Source of the DNA: Eledone cirrhosa
Taxonomy: Eukaryota
Assembly (NCBI GenBank): GCA_964016885.1
Contig: OZ024749.1
Location: forward strand, 28,830,001-28,894,000
DNA: 64,000 nucleotides
Reading direction: 5' to 3'
A model generated the notes under the pieces. The model was not told the origin of the DNA. It made no database searches and saw only the letters and a list, made by a program, of their open reading frames with translations. Below are positions 13,551-27,518 of the stretch, piece after piece (position 1 is the stretch's first letter; each line of letters opens with the position of its first letter). Both the position numbers and the translations under genes were made by a program.

Positions 13551-15849
13551 ACATAGTGTTAATAGAACATCTATTAATTCTGAGTCAATAAACCACAGAA
13601 GAATTATAATAAAATCTTTCATAATTTAGAAACAAAAGACAACAAAAAAATATAGAAAAATATAAAACAATATATATATAAAACAGAGAAAAATAAAATT
13701 AAATGTGAGTTGGAGGCAATTATCCATTACTTTCTAGGTTCAAACTAATTAAAGAAAGTTAAGTGTATAAAATAATTACAGATTATCTTGAGAATATAAA
13801 GTGATAGAGGGAGAGATGGTGGGGGAAGTGGTTGAAATGGGGAGTGGGAGCAGAGGAAGAGGGTGATTCTTCTGAAACCAAAATTAGCGGTATCGAATAT
13901 TTGGTTATAGATTACGATGCTGGCAAATTAGCAGAGTCGTTAGAGCATCGAATTACTTCTTCTGATACCACCCCAGCCAAAACCACCCTTGGTTCTATAT
14001 GAAACAAAACCATCCATTTTAAAGGATTCCATTTAATCTTTTAAATCTTCCAACGTAAGTTTATATAAAAATCCCATGTTAAGTTGGAATAAAAAATAAA
14101 AAAAATAAAAAAATAAAAGTAAATTTTACAGCTCACACATATATGTTTAGCTGGTTTCTTTGAAGGTTGCATCTCAGAAAAGGTTTCTTGGGTGTTTTAA
14201 TGATAGGGGTCCCAGTTCTATCATGCTGTCACAGCTCACACCTATGTAGGTTTAGCTATCCTGCAACAAGGTAGCATCTCAGAGGAGTTTTCTTAGGTGT
14301 TTTAATGATAGAGACCCCAGTCATATCATGTTGTTGGAAGGTCTTTAGATAAATATAAAACCTTTGCTAGCAAGGAAAACATGTTAAATGATGATGATAA
14401 TGATGATGAACAGTTTAAAACAAATAGTTTTGTTTGGTAGAACCAGGGAGAATTTCAGCAAGGAGAGGTGGTGTTGGCATGAAAAACAGGTTAACATTTC
14501 AAGAGCTAATTATCAGGGTTATCCAGCATTAGTAGAACCAGTGAGAATTTCGGCAAGGAGGGGAGAGGCTGGCATGAAAATAAGTCAACATCTCAACAGA
14601 ACTAATTATCAGGACTATCTGACATTGGTAGAACCAGTGAGAATTTCAACAAGGAGGGGAGAGGCTGGCACAAAAAAACAAGTCAACATTCAGCAAAGCT
14701 AATTATCAGGGCTATCATACTATTTACCAGAAATATAATATTTTATCAACAAAAAAAAAAATCAATGAAACAATTTCAACACTCCAAAACTAAGAAATTG
14801 GTGGAAATAAAATAAAATAAAATAAAATAATCGTCAAAAATGTAGATTGTATTATTTAATTAGAAATTTAAGATAATATTTGATTTGTAATTCTTACTCA
14901 TCAATAATGAACTATAACAACAAGTTGATTTATATTTAGTTATTGGGAAATATATCTCTCTCAAGTGGTGTGTTTAATATATGAATGGTAGCAGATTGAA
15001 CTATTATCAGTATACAGAGAGTGTGGACATGTGTGTGGTGTGTGCGCGTAGCTAATGGACATGTGTGTAGCTAGTGTATGTGAAGCTAGTGTATATGTGT
15101 GTGTAGCTAATGTATGTGTGCAAGTGTATATATATATATATATATATATATAATTGTGTGAGTGTGTATGCGTGTGAATGTATGTACATGTATATATATA
15201 TATATATATGTAGGTGTGTAACTACCAAGAACGATTTGACCAGTAAATAAACAAGATGCTATAGTGTGCGTATATATATATGTGTGTGTATGTATATATA
15301 TTTGTGTGTGTATGTGTGTGTGTGTGTGTAAATGTGTACCAAGAACCATTTGACCACCAAATAAACAACAAGATGTTATAAAGTCTGAGATAATGAAGTA
15401 GAAACTATGAAATATTGTTGGAGAAATCGCTGAAAATATAATATTTAAACAGACTTCTTTCAATATTGACTTTCATTCTAGAAATACAATCTGGTTGTGG
15501 CTATGTGTTTGTGTATGTGGCTATGTGTGTTTGTGGCTATGTGTGTTTGTGGCTATGTGTGTTTGTGGCTATGTGTGTTTGTGGCTATGTGTGTGACCAT
15601 GTGGGCGTGTATGTGTTTGTCTGTGTGAGCTTGTGTGGCTGTGTGTGTCTCTATATAGTGTCTGTATATATGTGCAAGTTTGTGTGTCTGCATGAGAGCA
15701 TGTGTCTATATATATAAGCGACTGTGTCTAAGTATGTGTGAGCTTGCATATGCATGTGTAAGCATGTGTCTGTATGTGTGAGTGTATGCATGTGTATGTC
15801 TACATGTGTGAAGTTTAATTTTATAATAGAGATTGTTTTAAAATGATGT

Positions 15850-16675
15850 TCTCAGCTTTCGTTACCATATTTCTAATGGAAGACACTGCCTATGATTTTC
15901 AAATAATTTCCAAAATAATCAAGAATTTGGAATGATTATGATTTAGTTATATAACTAATTTTCTCATTGTTAAGCTGATGTTTGGAACATAAAGGTTCTT
16001 ACATAAAATGATTATGAAGACCTTTTAGATAAATATATACACTTTAAAACAAGTTTCTATCATAGAACCAGAAGTGTTTGGGACATAACTTAAAGGTTCT
16101 TATATAAAACAAAGATTCTTATATAAAATTATGATGGAAGGTTTTTAGATAAATATAGACTAAATAAATTTACCAAAAAACTGGGAAGCAGTTTGAGACG
16201 GTTTGGTACCAAAAGAGTTAAAACATTTTATCACTCATCGGTTATCTTAATAAGGGAAGGGATGAACAATAACAACAACTGGTTGAATATTATAGAGATT
16301 TGTTTAATGTTCTTAGCTTGTCGTATTTAACCCAGCCCTTTTCATGACTGTATTTCTAAAGGCATACAGTCTATTTTAATTAATTAAAATCGTATTTTAA
16401 AGGAATTTCTAGAATTATCAATCATTTTATTATTAAGATACTAACATTCTTATAAAAAAGAACCACGTTAGAAGATTTTAACTTAGATAGGAACCCTTTA
16501 AAACAGATGGTTTTCTTTCATAGAACACAAACCATTTTCGGCTGGTCGGTGAACTGGTTTTGGCTGGTTGGTAAACCAGTTGTGGCTGGTTTGTGAACTG
16601 GCTGTGGCTGGTTTGTGAACTGGCTGTGGCTGGTCGGTGAACCAGTTTTGGCTGGTCATTATTAAAAGGGTTAAA
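15850..16675. mobile_element. Degenerate non-autonomous TTAA (piggyBac-like) elements, family 2
   Basis: The left-end motif CTTTC.TTACCATATTTCTAATG.AAGACAC and the right end AAAAG(A/G)GTTAA are shared with about 24940-24985, 32714-33049 and 61503-61860. Confidence 0.55.
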
Positions 16676-16884
16676 ACACTTTAACACTGATCTGTTATTT
16701 TATCAAAAGGGGAATATAATAAGAATTTTATAAAGATTTTGAAAGGAAAATTTGATAAAAGTATCAAAAATCTAAAATAAAGAGCAATATATTTGATGTG
16801 AAGATGTGTGTTTAAAAGATCTATAACCATATTCAATCAATAGATTGGCCCTTAACAGGTTAATCATCATCACTGTTTCACAGT

Positions 16885-17380
16885 GTACTTATTGCAAACC
16901 AGATACACACAGGAATATGGTGTACCTATTGTAAACCAGATACACACAGAGATAGTGTACCTATTGTAAACTAGATACACACAGGGATACAGAGTACCTA
17001 TTCTAAACCAGATACACACAGGGATACAGTGTACCTAATGTAAACTAGATACACACAGGAACACAGTGTACCTATTGTAAACCAGGTACACACAGGAATA
17101 CAGTGTAGCTATTCTAAACCAGATACACAGGGATATGGTGTACCTATTGTAAACCAGAAACACACAGGGATACAGTGTATCTATTGTAAACCAGATATAC
17201 ACAGGGATACAGTGCACCTATTCTAAACCAGATACACATAAGGACGCAGTGTATCTATTGTAAACTAAATACACACATGGATACAGTGCACCTATTGTAA
17301 ACCTGACACACAGGGATACAGTGTACCTATTCTAAACAAAGGGATATGGTGTATCTTATCTAAACCAGATGTTTACAGAG
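16885..17380. repeat. About 42-bp minisatellite (CCTATTGTAAACCAGATACACACAGGGATACAGTGTA)
   Basis: About 12 diverged units. Confidence 0.93.
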
Positions 17381-18296
17381 ACATGGTACACAAGTAGTAG
17401 CAGTAGTGGTTGTGGTCAAAATGTTCATTGCACTGTCTGCAACCTGGTAACTGACACAGTGCCACAGCAACTAACTTGACCATGTCACAGACAGAATGAC
17501 AAAACATTTTGACACCAGAAAATAAATAATAAATATAAAAGTTAACAGTTTTTGTGTGATTTTAAACAACTAAATTGTCTCATCCACACCAATATTTATA
17601 TTTTAATTCAAAATACAGCGCGTTTTATACACAGCTACAGCTTATATCCCGAAAATGAGGTAGTTCAGATACAAGTATATCTAGAAAAACATTGATGATT
17701 TTACTATCTTTCTAGCAAGCCACTGACTTATGAAAAAAATTTCCTCTGCTTAAGAGAAAGGCACGAATTTCAGAATATCCTGCAGTTCAATAAGATATAA
17801 ATACTTGTGTTTAATCAAGAGAAATCAATATTTTCTCAGAATAAACACTACTGTCGCATTGGTTGTCTCATTTTGAATACATATAATAGTTAGTGACAGC
17901 CATTTTTTTTTTCTGTCTGGAGAGTGGTGTGTTCTAAGGGAGATAATTTATCTTATACAGTATATATTTTACAAATATATCATGTCTGAAATGAAAATAT
18001 GGGATGGTCACGAATGGAATGCCTTAAATAATGAGTCTGCTGAATTATGGATAAGCATGGGGATACAAAAAGCAACAACAATAACAACAACTATAAAAGA
18101 CACAAAAAAAATCAAAAACAAACAACGAAGTCATATATTTCACAAACAAACGTTTTAAAAAGAAAATAGTTGTTTTTTCTTCTTTAAAATAAAAATGCAC
18201 AATGAATGTATGACAGATGCCAAATATATAAGAAGGTCAGGAGGTCAATACAACTTAGGTCATACGGTCAAGTTAATAAATATAAATTGTTTTTAC

Positions 18297-18446
18297 CTTG
18301 TCGACAAATTCATTGATAAGTTTGGTAGCTGAGAGGATCTTAGGAGAATCTTTGCCATGTTGTTCAGACATTCTTTGCAATCCAGTCATGGGGAATGAGA
18401 AAAAGTCTGGAGTGCTGCTTTTTGTGTAAATAGGGTTGTCTTTTAA
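18297..18446 (-). CDS. ATP6AP2: ATP6AP2 coding exon 6 (LKDNPIYTKSSTPDFFSFPMTGLQRMSEQHGKDSPKILSATKLINEFVDK)
   Basis: cag/gt junctions, 150 nt, phase 0-0. Matches the PDLYSLELAGL...YGEDS region of the renin receptor. Confidence 0.9.
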
Positions 18447-19506
18447 CTGAAATACAACAGTAAAATCATCAATTTATGTTTGTTTCCATACAGCCTTGAG
18501 TTCAACTAAATTTGCATGCCATGGCAAAGTCCCATAACTCCTGAAGGAGTCATACGGGCGCCATATTGACATACAGCATTTCTAGGGCAATTTTGTTTAA
18601 ACCTGACGGAGATCATCTCCTCTCCATGTTTGATAGAAAGTGAAAGAGATATAAGAGGAGGAATCCACCCCAATACTGGACTGGTACTTTTTTTTTATCT
18701 ACCTCGGTTGAATGAAAGGCAAAGGATTTGAACTCAGAGAGAGAATTGAACAGAAACAAATACCACAAAACATTCTATGCGACATTCTAATGACTCCTCT
18801 GCTAATTCGCCATTTCAACTAAATAAACAACAAATACAACAGCGGAGAATATTTAAAACTTCGCGTCCATAAAAGTTTTAAATTGAATATTTTTTTTTAT
18901 ATTGCCATAAAATAGTGTACAAGTTGAACATTTTAAAGTTGACTTGAAAAAGGTCTCTCAAAAATAAGAAATAAACTTATAGGTGAAGATAAAATGAGAA
19001 TCTGTACATTTGGTTTATTCAGGTTTAGCTGGCCTCCTATGAGGTCACATCTCATAGCTTTCTTGGGTGTTTTAATCATAGGGTCTCAGTCCTATCAGAT
19101 TGTTACAGCTTACCCATATTAAGGTTTCGCTGGCCTCAGAGATTTCTCAGGGGCTTTAATGAGAGGGACCCCAGTCCTACTATGTTGTTGATACAGCTCA
19201 CAACTATATAGATTTAAATGACCTCATACGAGGCTGTATCTAATAGGAGCTTTCACATGTGTTTTAATGACAGCGGCTCCAGTCATCATCATCATGTAAT
19301 GTCCAATATCCTTGCTAAAATGAAAAACATAAAATGAAGCATCTTGCTCAAGAACATAATGTGCCACCTGACCCAATCTAATCTCATAACCATGATTGTT
19401 AGTTCAATATTATTAACCACTGGGGCCACATAGCTCCACTAAACAAAAGAAAGTGAACGGTGGGGGTTGCCTACAGGTGAAAAAAATGAATCTGGTGATA
19501 ACCTAC

Positions 19507-19695
19507 CTTCTTCATAATGTCCATAACCATCTGCATCTCAGCCAACAGTGTGGCATCTGAGCTGTGGCTGATATTCACTGTACCAACGTCAAACTGGTTC
19601 ATCACAGAATCATTTTCAAACAAACGGTCAAATAGTTTCGATGGTGTAACAAACATGTTCTTGAAAGCATCATGATCCGACTTCAAATCTACTGT
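19507..19695 (-). CDS. ATP6AP2: ATP6AP2 coding exon 5 (TVDLKSDHDAFKNMFVTPSKLFDRLFENDSV...DATLLAEMQMVMDIMKK)
   Basis: cag/gtag junctions, 189 nt. Aligns with RLFQENSV...DLLFLSELQVL. Confidence 0.9.
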
Positions 19696-20040
19696 CTGTA
19701 ATGGAAATATTTCTCATTCAGATAGGTTTTTAAAAAAATATTTTATTAATTTCTTTAGGTTCATTTTACACACAACTTGAGAAAAATATTGAGGAGTTGT
19801 ACAGATAGAAAGTGACAGGAAATATATGTATGTGTGATATACCATCAACCATACCATCATCTTACGTCCGCTTTTCCCTGCTTGCAAGGGTGGGACAGGA
19901 ACTGATTCTGGTTTGATTTCTACAGCTGGATGACCTTCCTAACACCAACCTCATTTACAGTGAGTGCTGGGTGCTTTTTTGCCGTGGCACCTCCACGACC
20001 ACTTTGCAGTGGAATGATAGGGACCCCAGTCCCTATCATC

Positions 20041-20180
20041 TCATTTCTACAGCTGAGTAAACTGGAGCAATGTGAAAAAGTGTCGTGCTCAAGGAAACAA
20101 CACATCACCCGGTCTGAGAATTGAACTCACAACCTTTCGATTGCAAGACCAATGCTCTAACCACTAAGCCATGTGCCTCC
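20041..20180 (-). mobile_element. tRNA-derived CORE-type SINE (family B), 5' part
   Basis: Minus strand shows A box TGGCTTAGTGG, B box GAGTTCAATTC and a CORE-like TTTCCTTGAGCACGACACTT...ACTCAGCTGTAGAAATG. Related copies lie at about 19320-19440 and 46795-47065. Confidence 0.8.
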
Positions 20181-20455
20181 ATATATATAATAATAAATAC
20201 AAATACCAAAATCAAAAGAGGGCTCGTTCATGTACATTGACATTGCACATCCATCGAGCATGCTTGATATGGAAACATTAGTACTGCTGCAGAATCAGAT
20301 CCACCGTCTCCATTCCAAAATATCTCAAAATGTTTCCACACCTCTTCCGTCTTCACATCCTCCCACCAGATCCAGCTGGACCTCCTCTTCTCCATCTGTA
20401 GTTCCCCACCCCTATACACATACATCATCACACCTGATAACTGTAGTTTCTTTAC

Positions 20456-20554
20456 CTGGCTATCACTCATTAACTGAACAGTCAGTGGACTCATACCAAA
20501 GGAACTCTTCAGGAGGGAATCCACAACTTGGTTGAAATCTACAGCTGGAACATC
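20456..20554 (-). CDS. ATP6AP2: ATP6AP2 coding exon 4 (DVPAVDFNQVVDSLLKSSFGMSPLTVQLMSDSQ)
   Basis: aag/gtaa junctions, 99 nt, frame maintained. Resembles AVPFSLDSVANSI...PVVLQL. Confidence 0.85.
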
Positions 20555-20955
20555 CTTTAAAAATATTAAAAATAATTTTATAACTTAAACATCAGTCTCA
20601 CATTGAACTTTAACAAGTTGGGGTGGGGTGACAGGGGTGTCGTTGGGTGGGTGATTCATTGGTTTTATTGAATTTTTTCAATATGGAATGGGTTGGATGA
20701 ATAGAGTCCTCATGGGGCTTCACTAATACAAGCTTTTCTATGAGAAAGGGTTGCTGTTGCTGGCTTAACCCTTCTCTATATCTGGTGGTGGTGGTGGTGG
20801 TGGTGGTGGTGATATTGATGATGAAGGTGGTGGTGATAGTGGGTGATGATGATGTAGGTGATGATAGTGGTGGTGGTGATGATGGTGTAGATGATGATGA
20901 TGGTGTTATGATAATGATGGAAGTAGTGTTGGTGGCAATGATAATGATTACTTAC

Positions 20956-21096
20956 ATTCTGAACTGTGTATTTAGCAACTGTCTTTGTTATGACTGGGGC
21001 TTCCTCAATTCCCTCATAACCTAACAGGGTCATCACCACATTAGCTTTTGGTTTCTTGAACAGTGATCCTTGCAGCATACCATCCCAGTCCATTGG
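20956..21096 (-). CDS. ATP6AP2: ATP6AP2 coding exon 3 (PMDWDGMLQGSLFKKPKANVVMTLLGY...KYTVQN)
   Basis: cag/gtaag junctions, 141 nt. Carries the W.G...G.LF.(R/K)P.A signature. Confidence 0.92.
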
Positions 21097-22043
21097 CTGA
21101 AAAGGGGGGAAAGAAAACATGACAATTTAACCAATTTGTTAACATATATATACATATTAATTACAAGTGGCACTAACATAGCATGGTCATCATAGGAGTG
21201 TACCATCATTATGATGATGATGATCATCATCATTGTTGTTTTACTGTCCGCTTTCCCTACTAGCAAGGGTTGGACAGTTCTACATAGCCCAAGTCAATAA
21301 TGAAGCAGGGCTACTGATCTCTCAGAGGCCAGAGATTTGCATCTTACTTATGCATGGTCTCACATTCTACAGAGTGCACAGGAGAGGTTGACATGTCTTT
21401 GACACAACTGAAGGGTTCTCTCAAAATACAGATTTGTTTGAACAAGGCGCAGTCATTTGACCTGATTTGTCTCATAACATGAGACAAGTCTAACCTATGC
21501 AAGCATGGAAAAATAGATATTAAACGATGATGATAATGATGTGTATCCTGGTTTCTAGAAGAGGTAAACCATATCCCTGTGTTGTGAGAAATGACTAAAA
21601 TGATTACCATCAGGAAGGACATCTGGCTGGAAAACATTGTCTCAAAACATCCTGTCCAAACCCATGCCAGCATGGAAAAGTGTACGCAATGATGATGAAA
21701 ATATCACCTGTACTTGATTAATAATAGGTAGTTGAAGGCAGAAAAGTGAAGAAAGAGTTCAAAGGAATATTTACACTAGAGGAGTGTTCAAAGAATGAAG
21801 ATATCACTTGTTGTTGATTAATAATGAAATGGAAATCCCAGTGGAGGGAAGCCACAGTAAAGACATGGGCAGAGGTGGTGAGCACAGATCTCAAATCGCT
21901 GAGACTCACAGAGGAAATGACAAAGGAATGTGATAAATGGAGAGATGCTGTGCTGAAAAGGACATTTCCACCCCATGCAAGCATAGAAAAACAATTACGA
22001 TGAACACAGAAGAGTGAAAAAAAGAGATCAAAGAAATACTTAC

Positions 22044-22201
22044 ACTAGAAGAGAGCCCAAAGGAATGAGAAATCATTTTAGGGATGTTACTGGTTGACAA
22101 GCTTTTAGTTGGTCTTTCAAAAAAGGTAACATATTTTGGTGCATGGGCAATGTTAAGTAAATCTCCAAAAACAAAACTGCTGCAGATCAACAGCAGAAAA
22201 G
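22044..22201 (-). CDS. ATP6AP2: ATP6AP2 coding exon 2 (AFLLLICSSFVFGDLLNIAHAPKYVTF...HSFGLSSS)
   Basis: ttccag/gtaag junctions, phase 1-0. Completes a signal peptide together with exon 1. Confidence 0.85.
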
Positions 22202-23679
22202 CTGGAATAAAAAACAACAAAACTATTTTCAATTTTTGTCATATCAACTCTTTAATAAATTCTTGCATTATTTTTGAGGCCATAAAAAAAATCTATAATT
22301 TGTCTAATATAACCAAAATTAGTTAAATCAACAATACATTTTTTTACAAAAACTAATAGACCTAATCAAAAGGATTAATTCTTTGGGTGCCAAAGATATA
22401 TTGGTATATATATTTTATCTGCCACCCTTTGTATCATCATAATCATTGTTTAAAGTCCATTTTCCATGCTAGTATGGGTTAGACGGGTTATCCCATTAGA
22501 GGCATGTTGGGTCAGGTGACCATGTCTTACTCATATAGAATGTTTCTGGCTAAGTTTCTACAGCTGCATGCCCTTCCTAATGCCAACCACATTAACAGTG
22601 TGTGCTGGGTGCTTTTTGTTGTGACTCCTACACGACTACTTGATAGTGTGGACTGGGTGTATTTTGTTGTGACACCTAATGACCACCCTACAATGTGGGC
22701 TGGGTGCTTTTTGTCATATTAGTATATTTTTTCCTTCCACCTCTTGTATACCAAAGATATTACTGGTACATCTACCTCCCAACCCTCGTGTACCAAAGAT
22801 GTACAGGTCTATCTTTTACCTACCCGATGTGTACCAGAGATATTACTAATATGTTTTAGTTTAGTTTATAAAGCACAGGTCTAGACAAAGTAAATAAAAC
22901 ATTTTGGTCAAAAGATCTCTTTTTATTTAAAATAATACAAGAATTAACATATAATCCCATCCTGGGGCTATAAAATACCAAAAGGTATTGGCACTCAAAG
23001 AGTTGTTACTACTACCACAGCCACCATTACTATTAGTACTACTACCACTACCACCATTGCCATGCAAAGAGTGGTTACTACAACTACTACCATCTCTACC
23101 ATTATTACTGCCATTAGAATTCAAAGAGTTACTACTAGTACTACCACCACCACCATTAATATTGGTACAACTACTACCACTATTATTATTAGTAGTAGTA
23201 CTACTACAACCACCACTACTATCACCACTACCAGCATCACCAGCTCTTCCTTCTCCAATCCATTAATGAAAGAAAGTTATACAATACAATGGAATGTACT
23301 ATATAATGTACTAAACACATGGAATTTACTAATTACACAATTGATTAGATGTGTGTGTATATATGAGAGGGGGGGGTGAAGACAGTTGGTTTCAATATAA
23401 AAGAAAACAAGTACAAAGTATATAAAATATATATATACATGCGTTTGTATATATATACACATATATGTTTGTTTTTATATATATGTGTATGTGTATATAT
23501 ATATAATGTATGTGTGTGTGTGTGTGTATGCACACACACACACACGTGTTTGAAATGTTATTAAACAATATAATGAAGGTTTTTATTGATATGTTATATA
23601 GAAACAATTGTAAATGAAACACACAGCTGTAGAACAGAACCAAACAAACAGGAAATTGTTTAAATAGAACAATATTTCC

Positions 23680-24100
23680 CAAAGTGGGTTTCAAGGTAAC
23701 CTTAAAATCCCATAAAAGAATTCTGGGCCTCCATGAAGTAAGGTGCTTTCAAAAAGGGGTTTCAAGGTAACCTTAAGGTCCCATGAAAAACTTCTAGGCT
23801 TCCAAAAAGTAATGTATTTTTAAAACGGAGTTTCAATCTAGCTTTAGGATCCTATGAAAGAATTCTGGGCTTCCTTAAAGTAATGTATTTTTTAAAATAG
23901 GTTCCAAGGTAACCTTGAAATCCCATGAAACAATTCTGGGCTTCCATAAAGTAAGGTGTTTTTAAAAAGGATTCCAAAGTAGACTTAGGATCCTATAAAA
24001 GAATTCTGAGCATCCATAAAGTAAGGTGTTTTTAAAAATGGATTCCAAGGTAACCTTGAGATCCCATGAAAGTATTCTGGGCTTCCATAAAGTAAGGTGG
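23680..24100. repeat. About 66-70 bp diverged tandem repeat (CAAGGTAACCTT...CCCATGAAA..ATTCTGGGCTTCCATAAAGTAAGG)
   Basis: About 6 units visible. Confidence 0.88.
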
Positions 24101-26013
24101 GGGTTTTTTTTATATTTAATAAAAGTTTAGTATATTCTTTTTAATGGTCCCGAGCAATATAGTTAGATAACATCCATGAGCTTGGTTGGTCTCGCTTGGG
24201 GATCCAGCTGGATCAATTGGAGTCAGTTGCTTCTGACAGGACACTGAAAACACTGTTGAACCTACAACCTTATGATTATAAGTCTAATAATACCCTAATT
24301 AAGTCCTCCCTTGGCTAAGATTCCACTCCTGAGAGCTAAGTACTTCCCGGTTGAGAGTCACTGGTCTAGTTAGTAGCATGTCACATGGTTACATATCTTC
24401 TGTATGTAAGTCACGACCAAATTTAGATTCTTGTGACTGCCATTTAGCATTTCATTTCAATTCCATTGTTAATGACCTTGTCTGGAATGAATGTCACCAC
24501 TTCTCATCTCATAACCCCACCACCACTACCAACACCACCATAACAACAAAAACATATTAAACCTCGTGGTTATGTATCAGAGAGAATAATTTGTGAAGGC
24601 TGTAACACTTCTGAGGGCATTTCTATATAAGATAACACTTTAACACTGACAGTCAAATAACATAAAAGGTCAAAGGTGATCTTTACAAAATATACTGTAG
24701 ACACATTCTTTTACTAGTTTCAGTCAAATGACTGCGACCATGCTGGAGTACCACATTGAACAGGATTTAGTTGACATGCACACCACATGTAACCACTATA
24801 GCTGGTTTCAATCAAAAGACTGAAACCACGTTGGAGCATCATCTTGAGGGGGGAGGGGGTAGTTGACATGCACACCACACCTCACAATAACTGATTTCAA
24901 TCAAAAGACTGCAACCATGCTGGAGCACCACCTTGATTATCATAGGCAATATATTTTATTTGAAATATGGTTATGACAGGGTTAAAGTGGGCTCCGAGGA
25001 AACCTAGGATTTTGCCAAGAAAATTATGTGGTTACATGAGATAAGATATCTTATTAATCTTAATGAATAAATTATTTCTGTAAAATTATCTTTGTTTCTT
25101 TGAATTGTCATCATTATTTTTACGGGGTCGATAAAATAAAGTACCACTAATGCACTGGGTAATTGCTGGCCTTGTGCCTAAAGTAGAAACAATTATTTAA
25201 CATCAGCTTTCCCTGCTAGCAAGGGTTGGACAGGTCAACATAGACCAAGTCAGTACTGAAGCAGGGCTACTGACCTCTCGCACAGACAGAGGAGTTTGCA
25301 TCTTGTTTGTGTACGGTCATACGTTCTATCGAGTACAAAGGAGAAGTTTTCAAGTCTTTTGACCTAATCTGAAGGGTCCTCATAACCCTTTGTTTGGCAA
25401 GCCTTCTATGGCTGGATGCCCTTCCTAACATTAACCACATTACAGTGTGTACTGGGTGCTTTTATTGTGTAGATCACTAGCACCAGGGAGGCTGCCATGT
25501 CCTTGACACAACTAAAGGGTGGTGGTGATTGTCTGAGAAATAAGATATCTTATTAATGTGAGTTTTTGGAAGATCGTGTAAGGTTTCAGAGACATAAGTT
25601 TGGGGAGAACTAGTATATATAAAATAAATGATAAATTTTCCAAGTGAATTAGTAGCAGATATGAGATGTATATGTTTGAAAGAAAATATTTTTTTATTCA
25701 ACAAGTAAACTGTAAAAAATTAAAAACAAACCCCTATAAGCCTTCTCTATATTGCAGTGAAGGTAAAAATCAACAGATTCTATATACAAGATACATTGAT
25801 AGCAACAATTGCTTGATTTTCCAGCACCTTAGCCTTGCTATCACCTGCAGCAATGCTGTCAATGTGTTGGCTTAATTGAAAAAGTATTAGTTGTAGGCTC
25901 TTGCACCCCTTGTGATGTGTGACCGATTGACACAGTGTTGGCTTAATATTTTCTTTCGCTTTGATTCTATACTTTCATATAAAATATTTATGTAATATAT
26001 ATATAGATATACA

Positions 26014-26113
26014 CAGGGTGTCCCCCCAAAATGTATACACACTTCAACACCATACAATAAATATTACCTGTATAGGTAATCAAAGTGTGTATAAACTTTT
26101 AGGGGACACTCTG
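26014..26113. mobile_element. 100-bp Tc1/mariner-type MITE
   Basis: TIRs CAGGGTGTCCCCCCAAAATGTATACACACTT and AAGTGTGTATAAACTTTTAGGGGACACTCTG. TA is on the right; the left flank is CA within a TA-rich run. Confidence 0.8.
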
Positions 26114-27141
26114 TATATATGTGTGTGTGTGTGTGTGTTGAATTTTGAAAACAAATATAAAGTGAATGGGAAAAAAAAGGAGAAAACAAAAGCGAAAAAT
26201 ATATGGTTAATTGCAAATTTTGAATCACATTTACAAAAGAATATACACACAAAGTATTATTATTATTATTATTATTACCGAACATTATGCTCGACGACTA
26301 CCAAAAAGGCTTTACCTAAGGAAATTTGTAATAAATTGAGGTGAAAATTATCAGGTGCATGTGCTTTTATTGTCAGCATGACCCTCCCAAAATATAATAT
26401 ATACTCGGTACTTGGGATAGTAGAGTATGGCTATATTATAAAGAGTCGAGAACTAGCTATTACAACGGCAAGAGCTGTCATCGCCCCCCGACACTTTATA
26501 ACACACACACACATATATATATATGGTCCATTGTCGCACGTTCGATACGACCATCATTTTCATTGGGTATTAAGTTCACTTCAATTCAATATAGAGAAAG
26601 ATAATAGGATTTTACCCAATTATATAATGTTTATAATTCAAGGGATCATAATGAAAACAGAAGAATACGTGCTACACTTAATTACTCGGTCTATGTTTAT
26701 AAATATTTAACTGAGGAGATTCCTGTTAATTATTAACATAACTACGCAAATTTCACCAACCTATCTCTAATAATTAACTCTAATTAATAATTATTAATTA
26801 CATAACTTGACATCAGCTGATTTGGGTTAAAAATGGGGAAAATATAAAATATCTCCGTTTACGAGTGTTTGGATGTAATAACAGTTTCTATACTATAATG
26901 CAACTTGAGTGTGGCCGAAACTCGAGTCCGGGAACTACTATAGGCACCCGTTTACGTGTGTTGTATTGAAGCGAATAACTATGTGTATACTCTGGGAATG
27001 TATCCTACATGGCCTATTGAGGTCGCTGAAATACAACCGGTGCTGGCATTGATAAATATGCTGGGTCCGTCAACTCCTTATTATATATATATATACACAC
27101 ACAACATATATATGTATACATATACACATATAGTTGTACGA

Positions 27142-27188
<47 letters not shown>

Positions 27189-27465
27189 CATACATATGTG
27201 TGGTCGTACAATTATATATATATATATATATATACACACTGCCGTAAGACCGTAATAATATATTACAAAACATAGCCACAGAAGTGACGGGAGTAACACC
27301 TCCTTTCGTTCTACTGTCTCTCTCTCTCTCTCTTCTGTGGCTGAATTACACCAAATATACTACATTATACAGCATACGAAGGTTTTATATACAACATCAG
27401 TGTGTATATATAAATATATAGACTGTTAGTTTGTGATCAAAATGGTGTAATTAAACAGTAATTAC

Positions 27466-27505
27466 CTGAATAGCAGAAAGATGGGAAGACTTTAGTAGCA
27501 GACAT
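27466..27505 (-). CDS. ATP6AP2: ATP6AP2 coding exon 1 (MSATKVFPSFCYS)
   Basis: AAAATGTCT start context and CAG|gtaatt donor. Phase 1 matches exon 2, and CLEAR motifs lie immediately upstream. Confidence 0.78.
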
Positions 27506-27518
27506 TTTGAATAGTAAT

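Noticed and set aside
20105-20180. tRNA-like gene
   Set aside because: It runs directly into a SINE core and has related degenerate copies, so it is a SINE head and not a tRNA.
22202-22232. ORF-track start MKIVLLFFIP as the ATP6AP2 N-terminus
   Set aside because: It begins at TTG and is the polypyrimidine tract. The ATG exon at 27466-27505 splices in frame.
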